The notes: generated by a model from the letters alone, not told the origin. A stretch of 64,000 nt of DNA from Oopsacas minuta (GCA_024704765.1 JAKMXF010000330.1:242953-306952), one strand, 5' to 3'. Counted from the stretch's first letter, positions 1 through 13,353 are shown. Translations and numbers: made by a program.

Positions 1-1124
1 ATTCTGTCAAATAACGTGCTCATTAACGTGTCGTTGTCTACGCAATAAAGACTCTTAAAATAATATCGTGTGAGGAATTTAATTAGTTAAATTTGAGTAT
101 CTTTTCAAGAAAAACATCTCCTCCCTTCAATTGTAGCCCAGGAATACTTGCAAGACAAGTTCAAAATAGAACACTTTCATTGTGGAAATGATAATATTAA
201 TTCATTAAACTTTACATAATGCAATATCAAATTTTAATATTTCTAATTCCATCCTGAGATAAGGGCGGATCGGGGCAAGGATCAAGTATCCTTTTTGAAA
301 TATTACAATTCCTGAAGCTGTACGTATCCACAGATTCAGTATGTGTTACACAATTAGTGTTTTCCAGGTGCACTGGTGCATTGTACTGAAATCGTTGAAG
401 GTTATACCAAATCCACTATGGAAGGTGAAAATGCTAATTATACGTATTACGTGCAGGGCTGGTTTTAACCTGACCACATTTGTTCTATTAGTGCTGTTTC
501 TATGGTGAGTGAGATTCCAACCGGACACTTTCATAGGTCAGCAACGGTTTAACCGGGCCTGATTACATGGTTCATAATTGTTCGTTATTGAGGAGGCTCG
601 AAAATATGTTAGGCTGTAGTTCATTGGATAATTTGGGGAGTACTTAGACCAATGCATTCGCAATAGGAAACAGGTGAAGTATGAGGTAGGGATTGAATTT
701 GCTAAAACTTTGTAGATATACCATTTAGATCCTCTATTTAGTTTAAGTATATCCTTGAAATAGGGGGATGGGACACAAGTATATCTGGGGCCGTATGGCG
801 CAGGCTATACCTCCATTAAGTACATATAACTGCATAATCATCATATGTAACTATCTAGGGTAGGTCTAGGTGGACACGAGATCGTTGAACCTAAATACGC
901 TAGTGAATCAAATATGATAGTAATTACTATTATTAGCTTCGCTTACTCCCATTATTCTCCCTTAATAGATTTACCAGTATTGCTTTTTAATTTACAATTC
1001 ACCGATAGAATATTCAATAAGCACACACATACTATAATTATGGTTAGATATTGTAAATACTAGAAACTAGGACGATACAGAATAAAAGTAGATGCAGTTC
1101 ATTGCAAGTTCTACACTAAGGAGG

Positions 1125-1454
1125 CTACTCTCTGGCCATGCTGGAGCCTGAAGGATCCACTTCCCTTGCTTGTTGTATCAAGGCACAGACACCACAGAAC
1201 CAAACCAACAGTAGGGAGACAATAGCCGATTCATCGATGCCCTTCTGTTCTACTGTGACACGTCTGGTGTTGCACAGGCAGTAGAGACCGAGGAGAGGCA
1301 CAAACAAAGCAAGACAGTACTTGATCTTGCTGTCGTCTCCATGTACCTTGACTGCGGTGTTCATGAAGGTAATGCAAGGGCAGAAATATGTAATGATGCA
1401 GAGCTTGAAGTCACTGAAGCATCCGCAAAGTCCGTTCGACCAGGATCCAGACAT
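1125..1454 (-). CDS. PLAC8/cornifelin-family Cys-rich protein (109 aa, single exon)
   Basis: ORF begins MSGSWSNGLCGCFSDFKLCIITYFCPC, the WxxGLCxCFxD...CPC signature of PLAC8, and ends with a CALxQQARE-type motif. Confidence 0.9.
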   Translation of the reverse strand: MSGSWSNGLCGCFSDFKLCIITYFCPCITFMNTAVKVHGDDSKIKYCLALFVPLLGLYCLCNTRRVTVEQKGIDESAIVSLLLVWFCGVCALIQQAREVDPSGSSMARE

Positions 1455-4035
1455 GATAGATTATTGAAGAAAGTTGGAGAGTAGAAAGTTAGTAGAGAAA
1501 ATCGAACTGAGATCGAAAGTAATGAATAGAGCAAGCGATATCGATATTTATATATCAGATTCTGAGCGCCTATTGTTTTAGTCTATGGTAAGATTCTATT
1601 CAAAACAAGCATGTGGGTAGAATATCAACTTTATATCCAGACTTAGAAACCACCCCAGAACAAGCATGAATCCATAAATGGAAGAAGAATGCAATTAGTT
1701 TCAATATATAAAATAGCGCTTGCCCACACAAGGCGATCAATTGAACAAGTCATAAATCCTTAGAATGCAGTCAATAGAATTCATTACAATGGGAACACAA
1801 TTATTCACTTGGTATGCGAGGGATATAAAATGCTCAACAAAAAAATTACGTAGATTGAATTGACAAAATAATTCTGCTAAAGAAAGTTCCTCCTAAAATA
1901 CAAAATTTTATTGTAATTCCTTAGTAAATTTGAGTCCTTGGGGAGTTGGACTGATTTACTTACCGCCAAGTTTTAGGAAACAAAATCAAACCTAATTTTA
2001 AATTTCGTGTAGGGCTCTAAGTTAAATCCCTGGATGGTTGACAGGATCAGGAGAGTCACCATGCGAAATTACTGCTACCTCTGTGTAAATTTTCAAAAAA
2101 TAAGGTCTCCACCACTAAACCCAGACTCCAGACCCCCCGATTCCCAAACTTGGCGCCTATGAACCCACCCCTTGCAATATAGTAGTTCTCCATATTGAAA
2201 TAAGTTAGACCCAGTCCATCTGGTAGTTTTACATTATACAATCATCCGATTTGGTAATTATTATAATAATCTAGGATGCAAATCTAATGCTATTCTGGAA
2301 GAAGGAAAAACTAGCGTAATTGGAGCATGCTCCGTTTCAGTTTGGTGACATGGAGCGCGGACAAATTCAAACTCTTTTTCTCTCGGTTCGCTCGATCGTT
2401 AAATATCACTGACTAATATCTGAAGACCCTGGATTTGTCGGTTCTCAAAACGATATTACATCGTTTTCTACAATGCAATTTTTCTTTACTGTATAAAAAT
2501 TTAAAATATTTTGAGATCAAGGAACATAATTTCTTACTCAAGCAGGTGACAAAGGATTCCAGCCTAATTAACTATGTGAATTGGTAAAACAATATTGTGT
2601 GTAGTCTGCCATGTAATATAATCTCATAACAATCCAGTGCCGAAACTAACCAGGTTCGATTTGTATTTTAGAGAGGAGTAATTGTGAATATCTAGTCATT
2701 GTCTATAAAATAATTAATTGCTCTCTAATAAAATGCATTGTTGTGTCTTGTAAGTAGTTTTCTGATATTTTACGAGTACAGTAATAAAGTACGTAGTAAT
2801 ACAATCTTGAATTAGTTGGTGATAAGACGACCATTACTATTTCGTCTTTCTCAAGTTATCAGATAACATAATGCTTTTATATAGCAGATGTAAGAAAAAG
2901 GTTCACTGATTAGTACTACCACACAGCGCCTGCCTTTCTGGCACAAATAAATACATTTCTTTGGCTCAGTTTTGTCTTGTATCGAGAAATATTCATAGGT
3001 TCATTAAATTTGTACAAGTCGTATTACTCGTTTTAGAAATTGAGGAACTAAGTACTTGTATTACTTCCTGAAATATGATTATAAGAAATTAACTGAATTT
3101 CATAATATTGGAAATTGATAGAATTAGAAACAAAAGATAGCCGTCAATTTGAACATACTAAGAACCATCACAAGAATTTGAGCCATGGAAGTTAAAGGTA
3201 GAATGTATAAACAAAAACCTAAAGAATACAACGTAAACGCTAATTATTGACATGCATTTGGTAATAAATACTCAGATGGTATTAAGAAAGACAGCTGCAA
3301 TCAACTCTCAATAATTACCCAGCAGGGTTGCTGCGGGAAGTATTCCCATTTCCCATTCCCATTCTATCTCCATATGATTTCTGAAATTCCAAGGATTTTA
3401 CACATAACGATAAGGAATTATCATAATTTCACCTTCTTAACTATATTATTCCTCAAATCGTACGCCAAGAGCATCCCGCTCCCCTGGTGAAACCTTGCTC
3501 AGGTACTTACAGTCGAGCCTTTTTAATTGAAAAATGGTCCTATTAAGCGCATGGGCGTGGACCCCGGGATGGGGATATAATATATAGCCACCAGTTTTGA
3601 GGAATTGGAGATGATGGAATTAACCATTGTTGATTTGTTATCCCTACAAATTACCAAATATTAAGATTCATCACGTTTCTTAATTCACACCTATGATTCT
3701 CTATTCTATATGAAGAGAGGGTTCAAAATTCATCAAATTTCCCAGAAAGGATAATTGTCAGAGTTTTAGATATCAGAAATTATTCTTCATTAAGATGCCC
3801 TTACTGATAACTAACAAAGGTTAAAACTGGTCGAGGTTGAAAACAGTATTCATGAATAGCAGTCTTAACGAATACTGATAATATTTGGTGTTGATCAACC
3901 GTATCAGACAAGGACATTCAGTTGAAAACTTGTAATTAAGATACCTTAGTTTTTAATTAATTAAATTAATACTCATATCAAACAAAAAGTAAAATACAAA
4001 CAAATTAAATATGATCAAAACTAATAAATAACTCA

Positions 4036-5766
4036 TTATAGTGTTGAGTATGGACAGATCTCCGTAGCATTGAGATCAGAACTATTGAACAATCCAGATC
4101 CAAATAGTTTGGTAGGAGTAGAATGGTCGAAATAGAACCCCAAACCCAATGCAAAAGATGCTATGAACATTGCAATTAGAGCTAGTTTAATCAAGTCACG
4201 ATACCAACTCTTATTCACTTCCTCTATGAGTATAGGTTTAACATAGGAAGTCAACAATGCACTAGATTCTATATCTTCCTTGGAAGATTGACAACTAGTG
4301 ACAGAGCCGTAGGTAGATCCGTTGTCTTTATTGTGTCCATTGTGTTTGATTATACCAACGTTCTCTTGTGCGTTACTTGCTAGTTTCCTCCAATCCATAC
4401 ACAATAGAAGTATAAAGAATAATACGGCTTGCACAGCTATAGCAGAGGCGAGACCGATCCAGTAACCCATTGTATCCATTTTAAGCACAACACACAAGCA
4501 TATAGCAAGGGGAAGAGCAATCAGCTGAAAAGCTAGTAAGTTTATAATGGAAGCGATACCCTGACGACCACACCCCTTTAGAATTCCGCTCATCACTAGT
4601 TGAAATCCATCAATAGTCTCGTAAATAGCAGTAATGAAGAGAGTACTAGTAGCCCCAGCTATGATACATTCATCTGAAGTAAACAAGAGAGGTAGGTGAG
4701 ATTTCAATAGAAAAACTCCTACAGAGAAATGCATTCCAATTGCTAAGATTATAGAAATACACAGAAAAGAAACTTTACGAGCTAAAGCGGGATTATTAGC
4801 ACCTAAGAGATTTCCAACTCGAACAGTTGCAGCCACAGTAAAACCGATAGGGACAGAGAACAGCTGACTACTTACATTAAACATAACTGAATAAATGCCA
4901 ATCTCTACTTTTGGGTTGGCGCTAGTGCCTCCTACAACCAAAAATCCTACCTCAAACGTCCACCATTCAAGACACATCATAATCAATCCAGGAATTCCAT
5001 ACTTACAATAATGTAACCAACCTCTGAAAGCATCACTACCCCAACCAGGCCATGAAGTGTGATACAAAGGAGAACAACGGATATACATTACATACAAAAT
5101 AGCCAGAGACCAATATGATATGGAAATTGAGATAGCAGAACCTTCCACACCAAATCCCAGATGTACTACAAACAAGTATTGACAACTGATATTCACTACA
5201 TTTCCTATAACTGTTAGGAATATGGTAGGATTGACTACATTCTGTGTTTGTAGAAACTTAGTGGAGAGAGTGAATAATACAACAGCTGGCTTAGCAACAC
5301 ATAAGATTCTCAGGTATTTACCAGCTATAGCAGCTACTTCCACATCTTGATGTAACAAAATCAAAATGGATTCAGCATTCAACCACAATGCCCAAATAGG
5401 GAAACACACAAGTAAGCTAAGAATGATAGCACGCTGGAAATACACACCCACAAGACGATAGTTCTTACCTCCGTAAGCTTGTGAACACAGTGTATCCATA
5501 CCAGAACTAAATCCTATCACAATAGATGTACCTGTAACATTAGCGAATGACAATGCTAGTGATGCTCCGTCTAAATATGTGCCAACACCAATATGTCCTG
5601 TGAATACTAAACTGGTAAATGGAATCATTTGTGCTCCAAAAGCAGTTATCACACTTGGCCAAGCTAGTTTGTTAATGATGATAAATTCACGAATCAGCCA
5701 GAATGATAGGATCCTTTGGTACCAATTTTTAGGTTGTGGCTTATGAATTTGCGAAGTTTCTTCCAT
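4036..5766 (-). CDS. SLC47A: MATE (multidrug and toxin extrusion, SLC47-like) transporter, copy 1, intronless
   Basis: 576-aa multi-pass ORF with MATE motifs GMDTLCSQAYG, GIPGLIMMCLEWW, VRVGNLLGAN and GILKGCGRQ, plus the C-terminal extra TM helix seen in animal MATEs. Confidence 0.93.
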   Translation of the reverse strand: MEETSQIHKPQPKNWYQRILSFWLIREFIIINKLAWPSVITAFGAQMIPFTSLVFTGHIGVGTYLDGASLALSFANVTGTSIVIGFSSGMDTLCSQAYGGKNYRLVGVYFQRAIILSLLVCFPIWALWLNAESILILLHQDVEVAAIAGKYLRILCVAKPAVVLFTLSTKFLQTQNVVNPTIFLTVIGNVVNISCQYLFVVHLGFGVEGSAISISISYWSLAILYVMYIRCSPLYHTSWPGWGSDAFRGWLHYCKYGIPGLIMMCLEWWTFEVGFLVVGGTSANPKVEIGIYSVMFNVSSQLFSVPIGFTVAATVRVGNLLGANNPALARKVSFLCISIILAIGMHFSVGVFLLKSHLPLLFTSDECIIAGATSTLFITAIYETIDGFQLVMSGILKGCGRQGIASIINLLAFQLIALPLAICLCVVLKMDTMGYWIGLASAIAVQAVLFFILLLCMDWRKLASNAQENVGIIKHNGHNKDNGSTYGSVTSCQSSKEDIESSALLTSYVKPILIEEVNKSWYRDLIKLALIAMFIASFALGLGFYFDHSTPTKLFGSGLFNSSDLNATEICPYSTL

Positions 5767-6605
5767 TGTAGAAAAGGTAAATAAATAATCACAAAATAAT
5801 AAATGTTTATATATACATTATTTCTCAGGATATAAAGTCATAAATCTAGACACCCGAATAAGTAAATGGGTCAGATCTACTGGAGCTATTATGATTGAAT
5901 TAAAGACAGAAATCACTAGCTATGGACAAGACATGTTTGATTCAATTGCTGCTGAATTAGGCACCATGTCCCAAAGACAATAAGCATCTAAACAGGAGAC
6001 TAATAAATTGGCTTTGAATACATCATTGCATTGATGGGGTATATGAGACACACAAACTAGGAACAATTTACTTTCAATTTTAGAAATGATTACACTAGTA
6101 CATTTTATGCTTAAGATACTTGAGCTAATCAGAAAATTCAAATCTCTGTCTAGGGCCAACAGTGCAGTAATCACCATATGCATTGTGTTTTTCTGTAAAA
6201 TATGGGATAATATTAGTGCTAGTGTAAATCAGCCATAATATGTCAATAATCTCAATATGGTGGTAGATGGAATTCAGGCCTAATCTAGGGATTATATAAA
6301 CTGTATACGTAGTCTATTGTAGTAAACAAATGAAATATATTCATCAAGTAAGATAGAAATATAAGTGCATCTAATAAGCAAACGCATGAGCTTAAAACCT
6401 AGGGAAATTTATGCCATGGGGATGGTTTGGGATTCTCCCAGATTTGGGGAATGGCGATCAGTTTTCTACTCATCCCCTAGCGAAAAAGTCTCCATTTCCA
6501 TGTGATTGAGCCATAGGGCTTAATCAGGAAATCATATCCATAAGTAAATATATATTTAATAAATAACTTTCTAATACAAGATACGAGTACTATAAATCTC
6601 AATAA

Positions 6606-8297
6606 TCAGTATGGACAAATTACATCAGTTGAGTTATGTGTGGAATTATACACTATATTGGGATAGGAGATGAAATTAGAGCTTGATTTCTTGAAAGAGA
6701 AACCCAAACCAACTGCAAAGAATGCTAAGAAGAGCAAACAAATACAAATCTTAATTAATTCTTGATATGATATTTTGCTTGGCATTCTCCATTTCTGCTT
6801 AATCTCGTTAGGTAGCAGAGAACTTGATTCAGAACATTCCAGAGACGAAAGACTGTTGCCATTGAAGAGTTGAGGCTCAGAAAGTCCAACATTAATCATA
6901 GCTATATCAGCAACCTTCCTCCAATTAGTGCACACAACGAGTAAAAAGAATAAAGCCGCCTGAACAAATATAGCTGACGCCAGACCTATCCAATAGCCCC
7001 TGGTAGCCAGTTTCAATACAACAGATAAACATATGGCAAGTGGTACAGCAAAAAATTGGTATACTACGAAGTTAGCGATAGAACCGATATTCTGACGACC
7101 ACATCCCTTCAATATGCCCCCTGACAACAGTCTTAACCCATCAAAGTTCACATAAATAGCAGTAAGAAATAGAGTCTGAGTAGCTCCAGCAATAATGCAA
7201 GCATCAGTTGTGAACAAAAGAGGTATGCGAGATTTCAGTATAAATACTCCTGTGGAGAAGAGTACTCCTATCACAAGAATAATACCAAGACACAAGTATG
7301 CTACTTTACGAGCTAAATACGGTTTGTTAGCGCCTAAAAGATTTCCAACCCTAACAGTTGCGGCTATAGTAAATCCGAGAGGTACCATAAATAACTGAGC
7401 ACTGACGTTAAACATAATTGAATAAATACCAATTTCAACTTTAGGATAAGCGCTAGTTCCTCCGATGACCAAAAAACCGATTTCATACGTCCACCATTCA
7501 AGACATAGCATTATCAATCCAGGAATTCCATATTTACAATAATGTAACCAATCATTGAGAGCGTCACTACTCCACCCTTGCCATGAAGTGTGATACAAAG
7601 AAGAACAACGGATATACATTACATACAAAATAGCCAGAGACCAATATGATATGGAAAGTGAGATAGCAGAACCTTCCACACCAAATCCCAGATGTACTAC
7701 AAACAAGTATTGACAACTGATATTCACTACAGTGGCGATACTGTTTAGAAATAAGCATGGGTTAACAATATTTTGTGTCTGCATGAATTTATTAGCTAGA
7801 AGGTATATCATCACAGCTGGCTTAGCAACACATAAGATTCTCAGGTATTTACCAGCTATAGCAGCTACTTCCACATCTTGATGTAACAAAATCAAAATGG
7901 ATTCAGCATTCAACCACAATGCCCAAATAGGGAAACACACAAGTAAGCTAAGAATGATAGCACGCTGGAAATACACACCCACAAGACGATAGTTCTTACC
8001 TCCGTAAGCTTGTGAACACAGTGTATCCATACCAGAACTAAATCCTATCACAATAGATGTACCTGTAACATTTGCGAATGACAATGCTATCCCCGTTCCA
8101 TCGAAGTACACTCCGGTGCCAATATGTCCAGCGAATAGCAAAGTTACAAAAGGAAACATTTGCCCTGTAACAGAGGATATCACACAAGGCCAAGCCAACT
8201 TATTGATTACGATAAGCTCATGTATCAGGGAGTTTGTTATTAACTGCTCATAGAACTTCCTCAACTTAAGATGACATGAAGTCCCAGGAACCGGCAT
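6606..8297 (-). CDS. SLC47A: MATE transporter, copy 2, intronless
   Basis: 563-aa ORF with the same MATE motifs. Confidence 0.93.
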   Translation of the reverse strand: MPVPGTSCHLKLRKFYEQLITNSLIHELIVINKLAWPCVISSVTGQMFPFVTLLFAGHIGTGVYFDGTGIALSFANVTGTSIVIGFSSGMDTLCSQAYGGKNYRLVGVYFQRAIILSLLVCFPIWALWLNAESILILLHQDVEVAAIAGKYLRILCVAKPAVMIYLLANKFMQTQNIVNPCLFLNSIATVVNISCQYLFVVHLGFGVEGSAISLSISYWSLAILYVMYIRCSSLYHTSWQGWSSDALNDWLHYCKYGIPGLIMLCLEWWTYEIGFLVIGGTSAYPKVEIGIYSIMFNVSAQLFMVPLGFTIAATVRVGNLLGANKPYLARKVAYLCLGIILVIGVLFSTGVFILKSRIPLLFTTDACIIAGATQTLFLTAIYVNFDGLRLLSGGILKGCGRQNIGSIANFVVYQFFAVPLAICLSVVLKLATRGYWIGLASAIFVQAALFFLLVVCTNWRKVADIAMINVGLSEPQLFNGNSLSSLECSESSSLLPNEIKQKWRMPSKISYQELIKICICLLFLAFFAVGLGFSFKKSSSNFISYPNIVYNSTHNSTDVICPY

Positions 8298-9113
8298 TGT
8301 TGAAAATGAAAAATTGTAATTGATTATGAATTTTGTATGTTAAAATTATGTATAAGTATGTCAGAGTAAATATCTCTAATCATAGAATTAATTCCACCAA
8401 TGAACGGGACAGGTGGATAGACATTAGACAATTGAATGAAATGCATTGTTTAATTCAACTCGTAGTTGGAATCGTAATTATTTCTATTAACACGAGGGGG
8501 GTAGTAGATAATGGATAATCTCTTCAATAGAAATTGCAAGAAAATTTGGCACATACACTTTATTTACTCGAATAGTAGCAAAAGTAATTATTATTTTCTA
8601 GCCACCCTCTGACAGGAGTTACCTCTCTAGAATACGATAATTGTATTATTGTATATGTGTACAAAAATACTATTCGTTGGAACCAAATCTAATTTGAATG
8701 TTGCCGATAGTTATAGCAAATGTCATTCTATAAGAGACAATTAATTAATTATTGCCTACACTGATAGCCGCCTAAATAGTAAAATTATGAATCTAAGGTT
8801 ATTCAGGATAAATATACTTAGGGGGGTGTATAACCCTTGAGCACCATTCTATTCAAACCCAATAAGACAATACTTAGCAGGAGTGATGAGTTGCCATCGT
8901 ACTATTCAATTTTAACAGACGGTATACGTACTGCATATACGTACACTGCAGTTATAAATCTATACATATTTGTCAAACAAATGAATTGTTAAAATTTTCA
9001 TGAGAATTGGAGTATTGGCTACTATCCATTCACAATTTGTCTCGAGACTAAATTGGAAATATTCTACTCTATAAATTACATGGAATATAATTAAACTCAT
9101 CAAAATTAATACA

Positions 9114-10778
9114 ATGCAAGAATACGAGTTTAGAAAATGGTATAGAACAGTTTCTTCATTCTGGCTGATTCATGAATTTATCATCATTAACAAACTAGCT
9201 TGGCCAAGTGTGATAGCTGCTTTTGGAGCACAAATGATTCCATTTACCAGTTTAGTATTCACAGGACATATTGGTGTTGGCACATATTTAGACGGAGCAT
9301 CACTAGCATTGTCATTCGCTAATGTTACAGGTACATCTATTGTGATAGGATTTAGTTCTGGTATGGATACACTGTGTTCACAAGCTTACGGAGGTAAGAA
9401 CTATCGTCTTGTGGGTGTGTATTTCCAGCGTGCTATCATTCTTAGCTTACTTGTGTGTTTCCCTATTTGGGCATTGTGGTTGAATGCTGAATCCATTTTG
9501 ATTTTGTTACATCAAGATGTGGAAGTAGCTGCTATAGCTGGTAAATACCTGAGAATCTTATGTGTTGCTAAGCCAGCTGTTGTATTATTCACTCTCTCCA
9601 CTAAGTTTCTACAAACACAGAATGTAGTCAATCCTACCATATTCCTAACAGTTATAGGAAATGTAGTGAATATCAGTTGTCAATACTTGTTTGTAGTACA
9701 TCTGGGATTTGGTGTGGAAGGTTCTGCTATCTCAATTTCCATATCATATTGGTCTCTGGCTATTTTGTATGTAATGTATATCCGTTGTTCTCCTTTGTAT
9801 CACACTTCATGGCCTGGTTGGGGTAGTGATGCTTTCAGAGGTTGGTTACATTATTGTAAGTATGGAATTCCTGGATTGATTATGGTGTGTCTTGACCTTT
9901 GGACGTTTGAGGTAGGATTTTTGGTTGTAGGAGGCACTAGCGCCAACCCAAAAGTAGAGATTGGCATTTATTCAATTATGAATAATGTATGCGAACAATT
10001 ATATTCATTTACAGTTGGTTATGCAATGGCTACAAATGTTCGTATTGGAAATCTCTTAGGAGCAAACAATCCAAGTTTAGCTCGTAAAGTAGCATGCTTG
10101 TGTCTTGGAAATATTTGTGTGATAGGAGTACTCTTCTTTGTTGGATTGTTTCTACTCAAATCTCAATTACCTTATTTATTCACAACGGATGCTTGTATTA
10201 TCGCCGGAGTTTCACAAACTCTAATCATTATTGCTATTTTCGAGAATTTTGATGGACTACAGTCAGTTGCTAGTGGTGTACTGAAGGGGTGTGGTCGTCA
10301 GGGTATAGCTTCGATTACAAATTTGATAATTTTCCAGTTTATCGCTACACCTCTTGCCGTATGCTTATCTGTTGTATTGAAAATGGATACCAGAGGATAC
10401 TGGATAGGAATGGCAACAGCGATATTCCTACAGGCTGTTATTTACTTGACAATTCTCTTCTTTACTAATTGGAGGAGAGTAGCAGATATTGCACAAGAGA
10501 ATGCAGGCATTTCTCAAATCACAACAAAAGAAAACATTTCTCTTCTCAGTTCTCTCTTGGAGTCTCCTGACAGTAATCCTAATCATAAAAAGGGGAAGAA
10601 ATTTGTGTGTAGAGATATGATGAAGTTGTCAATTATTTTCCTATTTATCTCTTCATTTGTTTGTGGTGTGGCTTTCTCTTTCAAACACCAGCACATTCGG
10701 CTACAGTTCAATATTACTATATATAATAACTCATCTCTCAGTGTTAATACTACTACTCAATCCCTGTGTCCATATTAG
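9114..10778 (+). CDS. SLC47A: MATE transporter, copy 3, intronless
   Basis: 554-aa ORF with the same MATE motifs, transcribed divergently from copies 1 and 2. Confidence 0.93.
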   Translation: MQEYEFRKWYRTVSSFWLIHEFIIINKLAWPSVIAAFGAQMIPFTSLVFTGHIGVGTYLDGASLALSFANVTGTSIVIGFSSGMDTLCSQAYGGKNYRLVGVYFQRAIILSLLVCFPIWALWLNAESILILLHQDVEVAAIAGKYLRILCVAKPAVVLFTLSTKFLQTQNVVNPTIFLTVIGNVVNISCQYLFVVHLGFGVEGSAISISISYWSLAILYVMYIRCSPLYHTSWPGWGSDAFRGWLHYCKYGIPGLIMVCLDLWTFEVGFLVVGGTSANPKVEIGIYSIMNNVCEQLYSFTVGYAMATNVRIGNLLGANNPSLARKVACLCLGNICVIGVLFFVGLFLLKSQLPYLFTTDACIIAGVSQTLIIIAIFENFDGLQSVASGVLKGCGRQGIASITNLIIFQFIATPLAVCLSVVLKMDTRGYWIGMATAIFLQAVIYLTILFFTNWRRVADIAQENAGISQITTKENISLLSSLLESPDSNPNHKKGKKFVCRDMMKLSIIFLFISSFVCGVAFSFKHQHIRLQFNITIYNNSSLSVNTTTQSLCPY

Positions 10779-11760
10779 GGTATCCTGAATATTTAGGATA
10801 TTATTACTTTTCGTATTAAGAGTTTATGAAGTCTAATAATTATTAACTATATTTCTCGCACTGTTCCATATGCCCCTGGGGAACATTTTTCAATTTCCCT
10901 TATAAATCCCTCCTACAGCCCGGAATGAGGGACCTGGAGGCAAGCATAGATAGGTGAATTATGATGACATAATGATTGATCCCGTATGTAAACAGCATTT
11001 TGTATAAATAAGATTGATGACATGTTGAGGTAGATGGTCTCCTCAGCACTAGTGTTTCGAACATTTTCTCATGAAATAGCGAATATAATCTAAATTCGAT
11101 TCATTTTAATGATTTTAGTGCAGCACCTATTGGAAAATGGCCGATTGGTATGGAAGATGTGCGACATCTGTACCCTTCGTACCTGTGAAGTCTATTGTTG
11201 TCAAATCTGATGGATCCAAATGAGGCTCACTGATTTGGACACAATTTCACTATTATTTACTTTCTCACATTAGTGATTTTAAACAAAATATAACACTAAT
11301 GTACTATCATGGTAAGACAGGACATATCCTATTTTCGCCATCCATTGCATTGCAAAAACTTTAAAATTCTACTGATCTACGAATCTAACAATGGATAGAT
11401 TTTACAAAAGTTGATAACTATGGAATCTAGAGATTCAATTAACATAGATCAACACATAAGTGCATTTGGAGGCTAGATTGTGTTTGACTTTAGTTTAAAC
11501 TTCAAAGTTTAATATTTGCACAATTATACCTCTCAAATTAAAGTTAATAATGAAAACACAGATTTAATTCTAATATCTTGCCGCGGGTAACTGGGTGTAT
11601 GGGTAACTGGGCGTATGGGTATCTATGGGTACATACAATACGAATCTGACATTTTCAGAAATTTAAATTTACGATTATTCAAAATTTCACGCATTAATCC
11701 TGATCAGATTAACCCTGCTCGTCGTTGAAAAAGAAATTCTGAGATGATTTTCAATGATAG

Positions 11761-11922
11761 TAGACTCCGCTTAATAGAGTCACGGTTAATTGAGTTACTT
11801 GGCCAGAAACAGAACCATACAATAGTGTTAAATTAGTCACGTTTATCGGGCTAAAACCTTTATTCCGATTTATCGGGTCAAAATGGCCCTAATTCAGATG
11901 TGAATCTATTAAGCGGAGTCTA
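11761..11922. mobile_element. MITE with ~23-bp terminal inverted repeats
   Basis: TAGACTCCGCTTAATAGAGTCAC (11761-11783) vs GTGAATCTATTAAGCGGAGTCTA (11900-11922), one mismatch. Confidence 0.6.
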
Positions 11923-12147
11923 TCATATAGCATTAATATGTGAAATATATTAATCATAAGATAGAATCGTTTGGCAGTTGCTCAAGTTAGAATCTAACAT
12001 TGTACCAATACTAGGCACTCTCTGATCTCAATTACAGTGGAACCCAACATGATGGTCAGCCGTATAAAGCGGTCACCGTCATTGACAGATTCCAATACAT
12101 ATATATTATAACCTAATTAATCCATATTATAAATGTATACTCAATAT

Positions 12148-13353
12148 ACTCTTAATACGAAAAGTAATAATATCCTAAATATTCAGGATACCCTAATATG
12201 GACACAGGGATTGAGTAGTAGTATTAACACTGAGAGATGAGTTATTATATATAGTAATATTGAACTGTAGCCGAATGTGCTGGTGTTTGAAAGAGAAAGC
12301 CACACCACAAACAAATGAAGAGATAAATAGGAAAATAATTGACAACTTCATCATATCTCTACACACAAATTTCTTCCCCTTTTTATGATTAGGATTACTG
12401 TCAGGAGACTCCAAGAGAGAACTGAGAAGAGAAATGTTTTCTTTTGTTGTGATTTGAGAAATGCCTGCATTCTCTTGTGCAATATCTGCTACTCTCCTCC
12501 AATTAGTAAAGAAGAGAATTGTCAAGTAAATAACAGCCTGTAGGAATATCGCTGTTGCCATTCCTATCCAGTATCCTCTGGTATCCATTTTCAATACAAC
12601 AGATAAGCATACGGCAAGAGGTGTAGCGATAAACTGGAAAATTATCAAATTTGTAATCGAAGCTATACCCTGACGACCACACCCCTTCAGTACACCACTA
12701 GCAACTGACTGTAGTCCATCAAAATTCTCGAAAATAGCAATAATGATTAGAGTTTGTGAAACTCCGGCGATAATACAAGCATCCGTTGTGAATAAATAAG
12801 GTAATTGAGATTTGAGTAGAAACAATCCAACAAAGAAGAGTACTCCTATCACACAAATATTTCCAAGACACAAGCATGCTACTTTACGAGCTAAACTTGG
12901 ATTGTTTGCTCCTAAGAGATTTCCAATACGAACATTTGTAGCCATTGCATAACCAACTGTAAATGAATATAATTGTTCGCATACATTATTCATAATTGAA
13001 TAAATGCCAATCTCTACTTTTGGGTTGGCGCTAGTGCCTCCTACAACCAAAAATCCTACCTCAAACGTCCAAAGGTCAAGACACACCATAATCAATCCAG
13101 GAATTCCATACTTACAATAATGTAACCAACCTCTGAAAGCATCACTACCCCAACCAGGCCATGAAGTGTGATACAAAGGAGAACAACGGATATACATTAC
13201 ATACAAAATAGCCAGAGACCAATATGATATGGAAATTGAGATAGCAGAACCTTCCACACCAAATCCCAGATGTACTACAAACAAGTATTGACAACTGATA
13301 TTCACTACATTTCCTATAACTGTTAGGAATATGGTAGGATTGACTACATTCTG
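12148..13353 (-). pseudogene. 5'-truncated inverted duplicate of MATE copy 3 (reverse complement of 9618-10823)
   Basis: ORF 12193-13305 translates identically to the C-terminal part of copy 3. Reverse-complement identity runs 9618-10823 vs 12148-13353 (1206 bp). No N-terminus is present. Confidence 0.9.

Noticed and set aside
1-1000. ORF 346-534 and alternative plus-strand frames
   Set aside because: No recognisable protein motif or convincing exon structure.
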